Below are positions 52,057 through 62,746 of a stretch of DNA of 64,000 nt, piece after piece. Under the pieces are notes generated by a model. That model saw only the letters and a list, made by a program, of their open reading frames with translations, searched no databases and was not told where the DNA came from. The stretch is from contig CAVUAK010000001.1 in the NCBI GenBank assembly GCA_963739455.1, positions 160,001-224,000 of the forward strand. The letters run 5' to 3'. Numbering within the stretch: position 1 is the first letter of the stretch; every line of letters begins with the position of its first letter. This DNA is from an uncultured Gemmatimonadales bacterium (GTDB taxonomy: Bacteria; Gemmatimonadota; Gemmatimonadetes; Gemmatimonadales; GWC2-71-9). The translations under genes and the position numbers were made by a program.

Positions 52057-54677
52057 CCCGCATCGACCTGGTTGAACGCCTCAAGGCCCTTCTCTTCCGC
52101 GATCGCGCCGAGCGCGAACTCGATGAGGAACTCCAGTTCCATCTCGAGCGCGAAGCCGAGGCCCGCGCGCACGCCGGCAGTGCCACCCCGGAGCGCGACG
52201 CACATCTGGCACTCGGCGGCAAGGAGAAGGTGAAGGAGGACGTGCGCTCCGCCCGCGGCGTGCGCGCCCTCGAGGAGCTGCTAGCCGATACTCGCTACGC
52301 GTTGCGAGCGCTTGGACGGAATCCCGGCTTCACCCTCACCGTCATCGCGGTGCTTGGCATCGCCATTGGCGCCGCCACCGCGGTGTACACCGTGGTCAAT
52401 CGCGTTCTCCTGGCCGACCTGCCCTATCCCGCCGCGGGCCAGTTGGTGCGCATTCGCATGAAATACTCGCCCGGCGTGCTGGGCACCATCTCGGCCGTCG
52501 ATATCCTCGCAATCCGGGACCAGCAGCGCAGCTTCGACGCCTTCGGTGCAATTCGCTTCGGCACCGCGTCCGTCCCCGGCCCTGGTGGCCCGGAAGCCGT
52601 CACCTCCGGTCGTGTCACCTCAGGATTCTTCAAGGCACTCCGCGTTGGCGCAGCATACGGTCGCCTGCTCGAGCCCGGCGATGATGCCCCCGGCGCGCCG
52701 TCCATGGTCATCGTCTCCTACGCTTATGCCGAGCGCGCACTCGGCGGCGCCGCGCACGCCGTCGGCCAGGCGATCACCATCGATGGGGTGAGCAGTACTG
52801 TCGCGGGCGTCCTTGAAGCGAGCCAGCCCGACCTTATCGGGGTTCGCGCCGCCGTCTGGACCTCCCTCCAGGTCGCGACACCAAACCGCCGTGGCCCCTT
52901 CGGCTACAACGGCATCGCGCGACTCAAGGACGGCGTGACACTCGAGCAGGCCGCTCAGGATCTCGACGACATCAGCGTGCGCATCTTTTCCCTCTGGGCC
53001 GCCGGGTTCCAGGACAGCGCCGCGCGCCTCACGCCCCAGCCGCTGCGCGACGCCATCATCGGCACCGCGGGACGCCAGGTCGGGCTCTTCGCCGGTGCCG
53101 TGGCATTGGTGCTCCTGCTTGCCGTCGCGAACGTGGCGACTCTCATGCTTGTCCGCGCCTCCGCTCGCGAGCATGAGCTCGCCGTCCGTATCGCACTCGG
53201 TGCCGCGCGCCATCGCATTGCCCGCCTCATCCTCACCGAGTGCATCGTGCTCACCGTTCTCGCCGGGTTCGTCGGTCTCGCCATCGCTGCCAGTGCACTC
53301 GGTCTCGTTGGCCTCGTGGCCCCCGGTCTTCCCCGTCTTGCAGAGGTCGCGCTCGATGCCCGGAGCGTCACCTTCGCCGGAGCCGTGGCGCTCCTGAGTG
53401 GCGTGCTCGTCAGTCTTGCTCCACTTGCCGCTGTCTTCTCCCGTCGCTCACCAGCGGCTGCCGGTCTCCTCTCCTCACCAGCTCGCGGCGGCTCGAGTCG
53501 CCGCTCCAACATGGTACGGAGCGCACTGGTCGTCGCCGAGTTTGCCTTGGCGCTCCCGCTGCTGCTCGGCGCTGGATTGCTGGCCAACAGCTTCCTTCGC
53601 CTTCAGCAGGTCGACGCCGGCTTCGACCCGCGCGGTGTGGTGGGCGTCGGCCTCTCGCTCCCTCGAGCGCGCTACCAGGACAGCGTCACCCCGGCCTTCT
53701 GGCGCATGGCTGAGGCGCGCGCGCTAGCCGTCGACGGTGTGAGCGCCGCGGGGTTCACCAGCTCACTGCCACCCGACAATTTCGGCGACACCAACAACTT
53801 CGATCTCCTCGACCGCCCCGTGCCCGCCGGCACTTCCCAGCCAAATGCGCCCTGGCCCGTGGTGACCAACGGCTACTTCACCGCGATGGGTGTTGCGCTG
53901 CTCGAAGGGCGCCTCTTTAGCCTCGCTGACTTCGCCGAGGCCCCACCTGTTGTCGTCGTCAGTCGCGCATGGGCCGCGAAGTATTTCCCGGGCACCAGCG
54001 CGCTCGGACGCCAGATGTACAGTGGTGGCTGCAATACCTGCCCACCGAATACCGTCATTGGCGTGGTGGGTGACGTGCTCTACCAGGGACTCGCGGGTGA
54101 CGGCGTCGCGGTGTATGCACCGATTGCACAGGAGCCATCGCGATCGCTCACGCTCATCGTGCGCGGCATCGCCTCCCCGCCCACCATGCTCCGCTCTCTC
54201 CGCGAGGCCGTCGCTTCACTCGATCCCGCGCTGGCACCGACCGATGTCGTCATGAGCGAGCGCCTGCAGGATGCACTCGGTGATCCCCGCCGTTGGGCCG
54301 CAGTGGTCGGAGCCTTTGCTGGCGCCGGCGCCCTCCTCGCCGCGCTCGGAATCTTTGGCCTCATGTCCTATGTTGTCCGCCAGCGCCGTCGCGAAATCGG
54401 TGTCCGCATGGCGCTCGGTGCCACGCCCCGCGACCTCGTCTGGTTCGTCCTCCAGCGCGGCATGCGCTACGCGATCATCGGAACCGTGCTCGGTCTTGCC
54501 CTGTCTGCTATGGAATCGAAGTGGCTCGGCTCACTCCTCTTCGACGTGCGTCCATCAGATCCCCCTACCATCGCGCTGGCCGTCACGGCGCTGCTCGCAA
54601 TCGCGCTGGTCGCCTGCCTCCTGCCCGGACTTCGCGCCGCGCGCATAAGACCGCTGGAAGCGATCAGCGCAGACTAG
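52053..54677 (+). CDS. ADOP-type duplicated ABC permease (MacB/FtsX domains)
   Basis: ERELDEELQFHLE, DTRYALRAL..NPGF, RRREIGVRMALGA. Confidence 0.9.
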   Translation: MTRIDLVERLKALLFRDRAERELDEELQFHLEREAEARAHAGSATPERDAHLALGGKEKVKEDVRSARGVRALEELLADTRYALRALGRNPGFTLTVIAVLGIAIGAATAVYTVVNRVLLADLPYPAAGQLVRIRMKYSPGVLGTISAVDILAIRDQQRSFDAFGAIRFGTASVPGPGGPEAVTSGRVTSGFFKALRVGAAYGRLLEPGDDAPGAPSMVIVSYAYAERALGGAAHAVGQAITIDGVSSTVAGVLEASQPDLIGVRAAVWTSLQVATPNRRGPFGYNGIARLKDGVTLEQAAQDLDDISVRIFSLWAAGFQDSAARLTPQPLRDAIIGTAGRQVGLFAGAVALVLLLAVANVATLMLVRASAREHELAVRIALGAARHRIARLILTECIVLTVLAGFVGLAIAASALGLVGLVAPGLPRLAEVALDARSVTFAGAVALLSGVLVSLAPLAAVFSRRSPAAAGLLSSPARGGSSRRSNMVRSALVVAEFALALPLLLGAGLLANSFLRLQQVDAGFDPRGVVGVGLSLPRARYQDSVTPAFWRMAEARALAVDGVSAAGFTSSLPPDNFGDTNNFDLLDRPVPAGTSQPNAPWPVVTNGYFTAMGVALLEGRLFSLADFAEAPPVVVVSRAWAAKYFPGTSALGRQMYSGGCNTCPPNTVIGVVGDVLYQGLAGDGVAVYAPIAQEPSRSLTLIVRGIASPPTMLRSLREAVASLDPALAPTDVVMSERLQDALGDPRRWAAVVGAFAGAGALLAALGIFGLMSYVVRQRRREIGVRMALGATPRDLVWFVLQRGMRYAIIGTVLGLALSAMESKWLGSLLFDVRPSDPPTIALAVTALLAIALVACLLPGLRAARIRPLEAISAD

Positions 54678-54705
54678 CCGCGGCCGAAGAGGAAGTTCTG
54701 GGGAC

Positions 54706-55029
54706 CGCGGCGAATGGGTGCGCTCCGAAGGCGTGGCCGCGGCGAATGGGTGCGGCTCCAGAAGCACCGTTGCTCGGCGAGAGAAGGTTGGCCGCGGCAA
54801 ATGGGTGCGGCTCCAGCGGCACCGTTGCTCGGCGGCGGCGCAATCGAACTCTCCCCACCCGCACCACCGATCTGGCAGGCGTTGTGATGCTGAGAGGGCC
54901 GCGCCTGGCACGTGTGCCGCGGAGCCGCCCCAGAGCCGCGCCAGCGAGCGGCCCCAGAGCCGCGCCAGCGAACGGTCCCAGAGCCGCGGCAGCACGCCGC
55001 CCACAGCCGCAGCGCGTACGTCCCAGAGT
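54706..55029 (+). repeat. Intergenic direct repeats: ~45-bp unit x2 plus a partial copy, and a 22-24-bp tandem unit x~5
   Basis: CCGCGGCRAATGGGTGCG three times; CCCASAG starting at 54929, 54953, 54977, 55000, 55022. Confidence 0.75.
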
Positions 55030-55191
55030 TCACTTCCGGGACCATGAATCCCATTTCCGAACACCGCTCGCGCATCATCCACGGCCGTGCCATACCCAGC
55101 AACGACTTAGCACCATCTCACTCCGGGAATGACCGGCACACATCTTCCCTAGTAGGCTACCCGTCAGCCCCATCACCGCAAGGATCTCTAC

Positions 55192-56433
55192 GTGGACGTA
55201 GTTCGGGAAAAGAAGGTCAATCGCCGCCCCCAGTACCTCGCCGTTGCGGCGCTGGGACTCCTCGTCATCATGACCGCCGGCATCAGCCGCCTCAAGGATG
55301 CGCCCCCCAGCGTCGAGCGCGCGGCACTCTCCATCGACACCGTCGAGTCCGGCCCCATGGTTCGCGAGGTCCGCGCCCCCGGCACCCTCGTCCCCGAGCA
55401 GATCCGCTGGATCTCCGCTGTTGCCCCTGGTCGCGTCGAGAAGAAGCTCGTCCAGCCCGGCGCCAGGGTCACCGCCCAGACCATCCTCATGGAGCTCAGC
55501 AACCCCGACGTCGAGATTCAGCTCCTCCAGGCCCAGCGCCAGCTCACCGACGCCGAGGCCCAGCTCGTGTCGCTCCGCATCAGCCTCGAGACCCAGCGCC
55601 TCACCCAGGCCGGCGTCGTCGCCCAGGTCCGCTCCCAGTACAATGAGGCCGCCCGCCAGGCCGGCGCCGCCAACGAGATGGTCGACAAGCAGCTCATCTC
55701 CGCCTTCGATGCCGCCAAGGCGAAGGATGCCGTGGCCGAGATGACCGAGCGCCTCGCCATCGAGCAGCAGCGCCTCAAGATCCTCACCGACAACATCCCG
55801 CTCCAGCTCAAGGTCCAGCAGGAGCAGGTCGATCGTCTCAAGGCCGTCGTCGCCTTCCAGCGCTCCCTCGCCGGCGCCATGATCGTCCGGGCCGGCGCCG
55901 ATGGTGTCCTCCAGGAACTCCCCCTCGAGGTGGGCCAGTTCGCCCAGAGCGGAACCACCATCGCCAAGGTCGTGCAACCAGAGCGCCTCAAGGCCGTATT
56001 GCGAGTGCAGGAGAACCAGGCCCGCGATGTCACCATCGGCCAGGCTGCCGTCATCGACACACGCAACGGATTGGTCAGGGGACACGTCTCACGTACTGAT
56101 CCCTCGTCGTCCGGCGGCACCGTCACCGTCGACGTGGCGCTCGACGATTCCTTGCCGAAGGGCGCCCGGCCCGACCTCAGCGTCGACGGCACCATCGAGA
56201 TCGAGCGACTCGGCAAGGTTCTTCACGTCGGCCGCCCGACCTACGGACAGGCCAACAGCACCGTCGGCCTCTTCCGCCTCCTGCCCAATGGCGACGCCGA
56301 GCGGGTCCAGGTGGCACTCGGCCGCAGCTCGGCCAGCGAAATCGAGATCGTCCGCGGCCTCGAGCCCGGAGACGTGGTGATCCTGTCCGACATGACCCGG
56401 TTCGACGGCGTCGATCGCGTTCGCGTCAAGTAA
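55192..56433 (+). CDS. Efflux periplasmic adaptor subunit (HlyD/MacA-like)
   Basis: VRAPGTLVP, LSNPD, ARPDLSVDG, GLEPGDVVILSD. Confidence 0.88.
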   Translation: MDVVREKKVNRRPQYLAVAALGLLVIMTAGISRLKDAPPSVERAALSIDTVESGPMVREVRAPGTLVPEQIRWISAVAPGRVEKKLVQPGARVTAQTILMELSNPDVEIQLLQAQRQLTDAEAQLVSLRISLETQRLTQAGVVAQVRSQYNEAARQAGAANEMVDKQLISAFDAAKAKDAVAEMTERLAIEQQRLKILTDNIPLQLKVQQEQVDRLKAVVAFQRSLAGAMIVRAGADGVLQELPLEVGQFAQSGTTIAKVVQPERLKAVLRVQENQARDVTIGQAAVIDTRNGLVRGHVSRTDPSSSGGTVTVDVALDDSLPKGARPDLSVDGTIEIERLGKVLHVGRPTYGQANSTVGLFRLLPNGDAERVQVALGRSSASEIEIVRGLEPGDVVILSDMTRFDGVDRVRVK

Positions 56434-56460
56434 CCAGCTCGCAACTTGAATGGAGAGCAC

Positions 56461-57171
56461 ATGACAACCGCCGGCCCGGCGCTGATCCGCCTCGAAGGCA
56501 TCAAGAAGGTCTTCTACACCGATGAAGTCGAGACGCACGCCCTCGCCGAGGTGCACCTCGAGGTAAAGCGCGGCGAGTACGTCGCCATCTCCGGCCCTTC
56601 CGGCTGCGGCAAGACCACCCTGCTCTCCCTTCTCGGCCTGCTCGACACGCCCACCGGCGGCGAGTACTGGCTCGATAACAAGCCCGTTGCCCAGCTCTCG
56701 GCCGCCGAGCGCGCGCGCATCAGGAATCGCGAAATCGGCTTCATCTTCCAGGCCTTCAACCTCATCGGTGATCTCACCGTCTACGAGAACGTCGAGCTGC
56801 CGCTAACCTATCGTGGCATGCAGCCGGCCGATCGCAAGCAGAAGGTCATGGCCGCGCTGGAGAAGGTGGGCATGAGCCACCGCGTCCGGCACTACCCCGC
56901 ACAATTGTCCGGCGGTCAGCAGCAGCGCGTCGCCGTGGCCCGTGCCGTGGCCGGCGAGCCCCTCATCCTCCTCGCCGACGAGCCCACCGGCAACCTCGAC
57001 TCCACCAATGGGGAGTCGGTCATGCAGCTCCTGCAGGAACTGCATCGCGCCGGCGCCACCATCTGCATGGTTACCCACGATCCGCGCTACGAACGCCACG
57101 CCGACCGGTCGATCCATCTCTTCGACGGACGCGTCGTCGAGGACCAGGCGCTCGAACTGACGACCGCCTGA
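56461..57171 (+). CDS. ABC transporter ATP-binding protein (LolD/MacB-like)
   Basis: [31 protein letters not shown]. Confidence 0.95.
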   Translation: MTTAGPALIRLEGIKKVFYTDEVETHALAEVHLEVKRGEYVAISGPSGCGKTTLLSLLGLLDTPTGGEYWLDNKPVAQLSAAERARIRNREIGFIFQAFNLIGDLTVYENVELPLTYRGMQPADRKQKVMAALEKVGMSHRVRHYPAQLSGGQQQRVAVARAVAGEPLILLADEPTGNLDSTNGESVMQLLQELHRAGATICMVTHDPRYERHADRSIHLFDGRVVEDQALELTTA

Positions 57172-57187
57172 GCCGAAGGAGCATCTC

Positions 57188-59659
57188 ATGGGACACCTGG
57201 CGAAGGACATCAGGTACGCGCTCCGCACCCTGCGCCGAAGCCCCGGCTTCGCCGCCATCGCGATCCTGACACTCGCACTCGGCATCGGCGCCAACACCGC
57301 GATCTTCTCGGTGATCAACGCGGTCCTCCTTCGCCCGCTGCCGTTCTTCCAGCCCGAACGGCTGGTCACGGTCACGCACGACTACCCGTCGCTCAAGATG
57401 CAGGCGCCGGTCTCGGTCCCCGGATTCGTCGAGTACGAGAAACAGAAGCAGGTCTTCGCCAGCGCCACCGTCACCTCCGGCTGGAACCCGACACTCACCG
57501 GCCACGGCGATCCCTCCCGCCTCCGCGCCACCATCGTGGCGGGCGACTACTTCGCCACCTTCGGCGTGCCGCCGCTCCTCGGCCGCTCCCTCCGTGCCGA
57601 TGAGTCGACCCCGGGCAACGACAAGGTGGCGGTCCTGAGCGAGAACTTCTGGCGCACCTCCTATGGCGCCGACAACGCCATTGTAGGCCGGAAGATCATC
57701 CTCAACGGTGAGTCGTTTGAGGTGGTGGGAGTTATGACCCGCGCGTTCAACTCGATGACCAATCGCAATACCGATCTCTGGGTGCCGCTCGCCTTCACGC
57801 CCGACCAATACCTCCCGTCCTCCTCGAACGAGTTCCTCACCTTCACCGCCCGGCTGAAGGACGGCGTGACGATGGAGGTCGCCAAGGCGGAAATGGGAGC
57901 GCTCGCCAACCGCATACGCGGCGACCGTCCCGGTGGCGGATATCCCGAGGACTGGACCCTTACTGTCACGCCGCTCAGGGACAGCATCGTCGACCCCACC
58001 ATGCGGAAGGCGATGCTCGTGCTGCTCGGCGCCGTCGGCCTCGTGCTGCTCATCGCCTGTGCCAACGTCGCAAACCTGCAGCTGGCGCGTGCCGCCGCTC
58101 GTTCCCGCGAGATTGCCGTGCGCGTGGCGCTCGGGGCTTCGCCCGGCGACCTCATTCGCCAGCTTCTCACCGAGAGCCTGATCCTCTCCCTCGCCGGCGG
58201 AGCCCTCGGGTTGCTCTTCGCCGTCTGGGGCGTGCCGGCCTTGCTCGCGCTCAACGCGCGAAACCTGCCGCCCGCCACCTTGATCGGCCTCGATGCGAAG
58301 GTGCTCGCGTTCACGGTGCTGTTGTCCCTCCTGACGGGACTCCTCTTCGGGTTGGCACCCGCCGTCCGCGTCTCACGCACGTCGCTGCAGGAGTCATTGA
58401 AGGAGGGCGGGCGCGGTGCCGCCGGCGATCGCGGCGGCCTCGCCCTGCGTCGTGGGCTCGTGGTGGCGACGGTGGCGATCGCGCTGACGCTCCTCGTCGG
58501 CGCCGGATTGCTCACCCGCAGCTTCGAGCGGCTCGTCGGCGTCGATCCAGGGTTCCGCCCCGATCACCTGCTCACGTTCAACATCGGCTTGCCCGCGACG
58601 AAGTATCCCAGCGATACGGTACAGATCGCGTACTTCGATCGCGCCACCGAGGCCATCACCTCTGTCCCGGGCGTCACCGCCGTCGGCGCCACGTCGGTGC
58701 TCCCCTTCAGCAACGGCTGGTCCACCACCTCCTTCTTTGTCGAGGGCCAGCCGACCGACCGGCAGGCCATTACGCCCTGGGGCGACGTCCGCATCGTCAC
58801 GCCCGGTTACCTCCCCGGGATTGGCGCGCCGCTGATCAAGGGACGGCAGTTTACCCAGCAGGACGACGCGAGCGCGCCGCTCGTGGCCATCGTCGACGAG
58901 GAGATGGTGCGTCGCTTCCTGCCCAACGAGGACCCGATCGGCAAGCGCATCACCTTCAATGGATCAGGTGATTCCACCATCACCTGGATCCAGATCGTGG
59001 GCGTCGTCGGTCACACGATGCATGAGGGGCTCGACGGGGAGCGCCGGCTGCAGGCATACTTCCCGCTCCGGCAGAATGGCAACCGCAACATGGCCTTTGC
59101 CGTTCGCACAGGCGGCGATCCACTCGGTGCCATGCCCGGCATTCGTCAAGCACTCAAGACCGTCGACCCCGACATCGCCATCGCGAACATCAGCCCGATG
59201 GACGAGCTCATCTCCACCAGCACCGGTCCGCGCCGGTTTTCCATGGTGCTCCTGGCCATCTTCTCCGGCCTCGCAGCCGCGCTCGCCGCCATCGGCCTCT
59301 ACGGCGTCATGTCGTATACCGTCACCCAGCGCTCCAAGGAGCTCGGCGTGCGCCTGGCCCTCGGTGCGACACCCGCCGGCGTGCAGCGCCTGGTCATGGG
59401 TCAGGGCATGCGCCTCGCCCTCGTCGGCGTGGGTGCCGGCCTCGTCGCGGCCCTGCTCCTGGTGAACTTGCTCCGCGCCTTCGACAACGCGGCGACGGTG
59501 AAGCCGGCCGACCGACTCCTGTTTGGGGTCAATGCAAACGACCCGGCCACCTTCGTGTTGATCTCGCTCTTCCTGCTCGGCGTGACATTGCTCGCCACCT
59601 GGCTGCCCGCGCGCCGGGCCACCAGCGTCGATCCCGTCGTCGCCCTGCGCGACGAGTAG
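57188..59659 (+). CDS. Duplicated ABC permease (MacB/FtsX domains)
   Basis: DIRYALRTL..SPGF, LIACANVANL, DPVVALR. Confidence 0.92.
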   Translation: MGHLAKDIRYALRTLRRSPGFAAIAILTLALGIGANTAIFSVINAVLLRPLPFFQPERLVTVTHDYPSLKMQAPVSVPGFVEYEKQKQVFASATVTSGWNPTLTGHGDPSRLRATIVAGDYFATFGVPPLLGRSLRADESTPGNDKVAVLSENFWRTSYGADNAIVGRKIILNGESFEVVGVMTRAFNSMTNRNTDLWVPLAFTPDQYLPSSSNEFLTFTARLKDGVTMEVAKAEMGALANRIRGDRPGGGYPEDWTLTVTPLRDSIVDPTMRKAMLVLLGAVGLVLLIACANVANLQLARAAARSREIAVRVALGASPGDLIRQLLTESLILSLAGGALGLLFAVWGVPALLALNARNLPPATLIGLDAKVLAFTVLLSLLTGLLFGLAPAVRVSRTSLQESLKEGGRGAAGDRGGLALRRGLVVATVAIALTLLVGAGLLTRSFERLVGVDPGFRPDHLLTFNIGLPATKYPSDTVQIAYFDRATEAITSVPGVTAVGATSVLPFSNGWSTTSFFVEGQPTDRQAITPWGDVRIVTPGYLPGIGAPLIKGRQFTQQDDASAPLVAIVDEEMVRRFLPNEDPIGKRITFNGSGDSTITWIQIVGVVGHTMHEGLDGERRLQAYFPLRQNGNRNMAFAVRTGGDPLGAMPGIRQALKTVDPDIAIANISPMDELISTSTGPRRFSMVLLAIFSGLAAALAAIGLYGVMSYTVTQRSKELGVRLALGATPAGVQRLVMGQGMRLALVGVGAGLVAALLLVNLLRAFDNAATVKPADRLLFGVNANDPATFVLISLFLLGVTLLATWLPARRATSVDPVVALRDE

Positions 59660-59663
59660 CGCC

Positions 59664-62072
59664 ATGCGGTGGCCTGAGCTGCGCTACGCCGTCCGCAACC
59701 TGTGGCGGACACCCGGCTTCACCCTCGTGGCCCTCGCCACCCTGGCGCTCGGCATCGGCGCCAACACCGCGATCTTCAGTGTCGTGCGCGCCGTGCTCCT
59801 GCGCGACTGGCCCTTCGAGCAGCCCGCAAGGCTCGTGCAGGTCGGGCATGAGCGCGCCGAGCGCGGCAGCGTCTTTGGCGGGTTCTCCCCGCAAGACGTG
59901 GACGACCTGCGTTCCGGCACGCCACAACTGTCGTCGGTCTCGTCGTATTTCTTCGTGCCTGGGCTCACCACACGCAACATGACCGGCGTTGGCGAGCCGC
60001 TCAACATCTCCGCCGCAATGGTGGATGGACGATTCTTCACCACGCTCGGCGTCTCGGCGGCGCGAGGCCGCGCCTTCGGCCCCGCCGATGACCTCGCCGG
60101 TTCCAATCGCGTGGTGGTGCTGAGCGACGCTTTCTGGCGCTCTCATCTTGGCGCTGACCCGAAGGTCGTGGGGAGTACGGTCCAGCTCGACGGACAGCCG
60201 TTCGAGATCATCGGCATCATGCCCCCCGCCTTCGCGTTCCCGAGTGGAGAAGCGCAGCTCCTCCTGCCACTGTCCGTCCTCACCGATGCTGACGTGCCCC
60301 ACGTGCGCGCCGTACGCTGGCTCAACGTCGTGGCTCGGCTCGCCCCCGGTGCCACCCTCGAATCGGCCCGCAACGGTGCCGGCTCGGTGATGGAGCGGCT
60401 CGCGCGCGACTACCCCGAGAGCAACGAGGGCTTCAACCACCCCGCGATCGTGCCGCTCACCCAATACCTGAGCGGCAACATCCGCCTGCCGCTGCTCGCC
60501 CTGCTCGCCGCGGTCGGTCTCGTCCTCCTCATTGCCTGCGTCAATGTCGCGCACCTGATGCTTGCGCGCGGACTGGGACGCGCCCGCGAAATGGCCATCC
60601 GGTCGGCCCTCGGCGCCACCCGCGGTCGCCTTCTCGGCCAGCTCCTGCTGGAGAGCGCGGTGCTCGCACTCGCGAGTGCGACGATCGGGTTGCTGCTCGC
60701 CTGGATCGGCGTACCACTCCTCGCCTCACTCGCCACCGATGTCATTCCACGCGCGGCGGAGATCGCCATCGACCCCGTCATCGCCGGCTTCTCCCTGCTC
60801 GCCGGCATCGCGGTCTTCCTCGTGGTGGGCATCATGCCGGCGATTCGCACCGCCGAGCCCGCGGCCGGCACCTCGCTGCGCGAGGGGCGCGGACAATCGG
60901 CCGGCACCGGTCGCCTCGCCGACGGCCTGGTTGCCGCTGAGAGCGGCCTTGCGGTCCTTCTGCTCTGCGGCTCGGCCCTGGCACTCACGAGTCTCTGGCG
61001 GCTGACGCACGTGGACCCGGGGCTTCGCGCCGACAACGTCGTCGCCATGCGCTTGATGTTGCAGGGAGGGCGATACGACAACGAGGTCACGGCACAGCGC
61101 TTCCGCACCGACCTGCTGGCCCGCCTGGCGGCGATCCCCGGCGTGACGGCGGCGGGTGCGAGCAAGCGCGCACCGCTCACGGCGGGCGGCGAGCCCTACA
61201 GCTTCCGCCTGGTGCGTGCTGGAGGCGTGGTGGACACGATCCAGCCCGCCGCCGGCATCATGATCATCACTCCCGGCTACTTCAGTTCACTCTCCATCCC
61301 GCTGCTGGGCGGTCGCGAGTTCAGCGCGGCCGATACCACCGATCCCGTCCCGATGATCGTGAGCCAGGCCCTCGCGAGGCAGGCGTGGCCCGGGCAGGAA
61401 CCGGTGGGCCAGCGGTTCCTCTTCGGCCGGGATGAGGGCGTGGTGGTCGGTGTCGCGGCGGATGTCCGACATCAGGGACTCGCGCTCCCCGCCGCGCCCG
61501 CCGCCTACATGCCGATCGCCATTCTCCAGCGCTCGGCGTTCAATGTCTTCGTGCGCGTCACCGGTGCGCCGCTCGGGTACATCGCGAGCATCCGCGACGC
61601 CGTGCATGAGCTCGATCCCGACATGCCCATCAGCGACCTCGGGTCGCTCAGCTCCCAGGTGTCGGGGTCGGTGGCCCAGCCACGGCTCTTCACCTTGCTG
61701 CTCGGCGTCTTCGGCGTCATCGCGTTGCTGCTCGCATCCATCGGCGTCTACGGCGTGGTGGCGCAGGCCGTCTCCCGTCGCCAGCGTGAAATCGGCATTC
61801 GCATGGCACTCGGCGCCCAGGGCCCCTCGGTCGTGCGCCTGGTGGTGGGTCACGCACTCCGGGCGACGATAGCCGGTACCGCGCTCGGGCTGGTGGCGTT
61901 CCTCCTGGCCTCCCGTCTGGTGCGGGCCCGGCTGTACGATGTGCGGGCCACTGATCCGCTCATCCTCGCCGCCGCCGTCGCCACGCTGCTCCTCGCCGCG
62001 TTCCTGGCCGCGTGGCTGCCCGCTCGTCGTGCCGCGCAGGTCGACCCGATGACAGCACTGAGAATCGAGTGA
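59664..62072 (+). CDS. Duplicated ABC permease (MacB/FtsX domains)
   Basis: LRYAVRNL..TPGF, LIACVNVA, DPMTALR. Confidence 0.92.
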   Translation: MRWPELRYAVRNLWRTPGFTLVALATLALGIGANTAIFSVVRAVLLRDWPFEQPARLVQVGHERAERGSVFGGFSPQDVDDLRSGTPQLSSVSSYFFVPGLTTRNMTGVGEPLNISAAMVDGRFFTTLGVSAARGRAFGPADDLAGSNRVVVLSDAFWRSHLGADPKVVGSTVQLDGQPFEIIGIMPPAFAFPSGEAQLLLPLSVLTDADVPHVRAVRWLNVVARLAPGATLESARNGAGSVMERLARDYPESNEGFNHPAIVPLTQYLSGNIRLPLLALLAAVGLVLLIACVNVAHLMLARGLGRAREMAIRSALGATRGRLLGQLLLESAVLALASATIGLLLAWIGVPLLASLATDVIPRAAEIAIDPVIAGFSLLAGIAVFLVVGIMPAIRTAEPAAGTSLREGRGQSAGTGRLADGLVAAESGLAVLLLCGSALALTSLWRLTHVDPGLRADNVVAMRLMLQGGRYDNEVTAQRFRTDLLARLAAIPGVTAAGASKRAPLTAGGEPYSFRLVRAGGVVDTIQPAAGIMIITPGYFSSLSIPLLGGREFSAADTTDPVPMIVSQALARQAWPGQEPVGQRFLFGRDEGVVVGVAADVRHQGLALPAAPAAYMPIAILQRSAFNVFVRVTGAPLGYIASIRDAVHELDPDMPISDLGSLSSQVSGSVAQPRLFTLLLGVFGVIALLLASIGVYGVVAQAVSRRQREIGIRMALGAQGPSVVRLVVGHALRATIAGTALGLVAFLLASRLVRARLYDVRATDPLILAAAVATLLLAAFLAAWLPARRAAQVDPMTALRIE

Positions 62073-62734
62073 TCCGCCTCGAGGGCATCGAGAAGGCCGT
62101 ACCGACCCGCCCTTCGCCCACCTTCCTGCTCCGCCGCATCTCGCTGGAGGTGGCCGCCGGTGACTTCGTCACCATCATGGGCCCCTCCGGTGCCGGGAAG
62201 ACCACAATGCTCACCATCCTTGGCATGCTCGACGGTGACTTCACCGGTGAGTACTGGTTCGGCGACACCGCCGTGCACCGGCTGGCGCCGCGCGAGCGCA
62301 ATGCACTGGCACGCACCGCCGTGGGGTTCGTCTTCCAGCACTATCACCTCCTCGACGAGCTCACGGTCGCCGAGAACCTCGATCTCCCGCTGAGCTATCG
62401 CAATGTGTCGGCATCGGCGAGGGCGGCGCTCGTTGGTGACACGCTCGACCGATTCCATCTCGTCGGCAAGAAGGACCTCTACCCCCGCCAGCTCTCCGGC
62501 GGGCAGCAGCAGCTGGTGGCCGTCGCCCGTGCCGTGATCGCCGGACCGCGCCTCCTCCTCGCCGACGAACCGACCGGCAATCTCCACTCGACCCAGGGGC
62601 GTGAGATCATGGAACTCTTCCGTCGGCTCAATGGCGAGGGCGTCACCATCGTACAGGTGACCCACTCAGAGGAAAATGCCCGCTACGGCAACCGCGTCAT
62701 CCACCTGAAGGACGGCTGGCTCATCCCCGGGTAG
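62069..62734 (+). CDS. ABC transporter ATP-binding protein
   Basis: [27 protein letters not shown] start overlapping the upstream stop. Confidence 0.92.
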   Translation: MIRLEGIEKAVPTRPSPTFLLRRISLEVAAGDFVTIMGPSGAGKTTMLTILGMLDGDFTGEYWFGDTAVHRLAPRERNALARTAVGFVFQHYHLLDELTVAENLDLPLSYRNVSASARAALVGDTLDRFHLVGKKDLYPRQLSGGQQQLVAVARAVIAGPRLLLADEPTGNLHSTQGREIMELFRRLNGEGVTIVQVTHSEENARYGNRVIHLKDGWLIPG

Positions 62735-62746
62735 ATTCAATCGCCC

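Noticed and set aside
54678..55029. CRISPR array
   Set aside because: Few degenerate copies, irregular spacing, no unique spacers of constant length, no cas genes.
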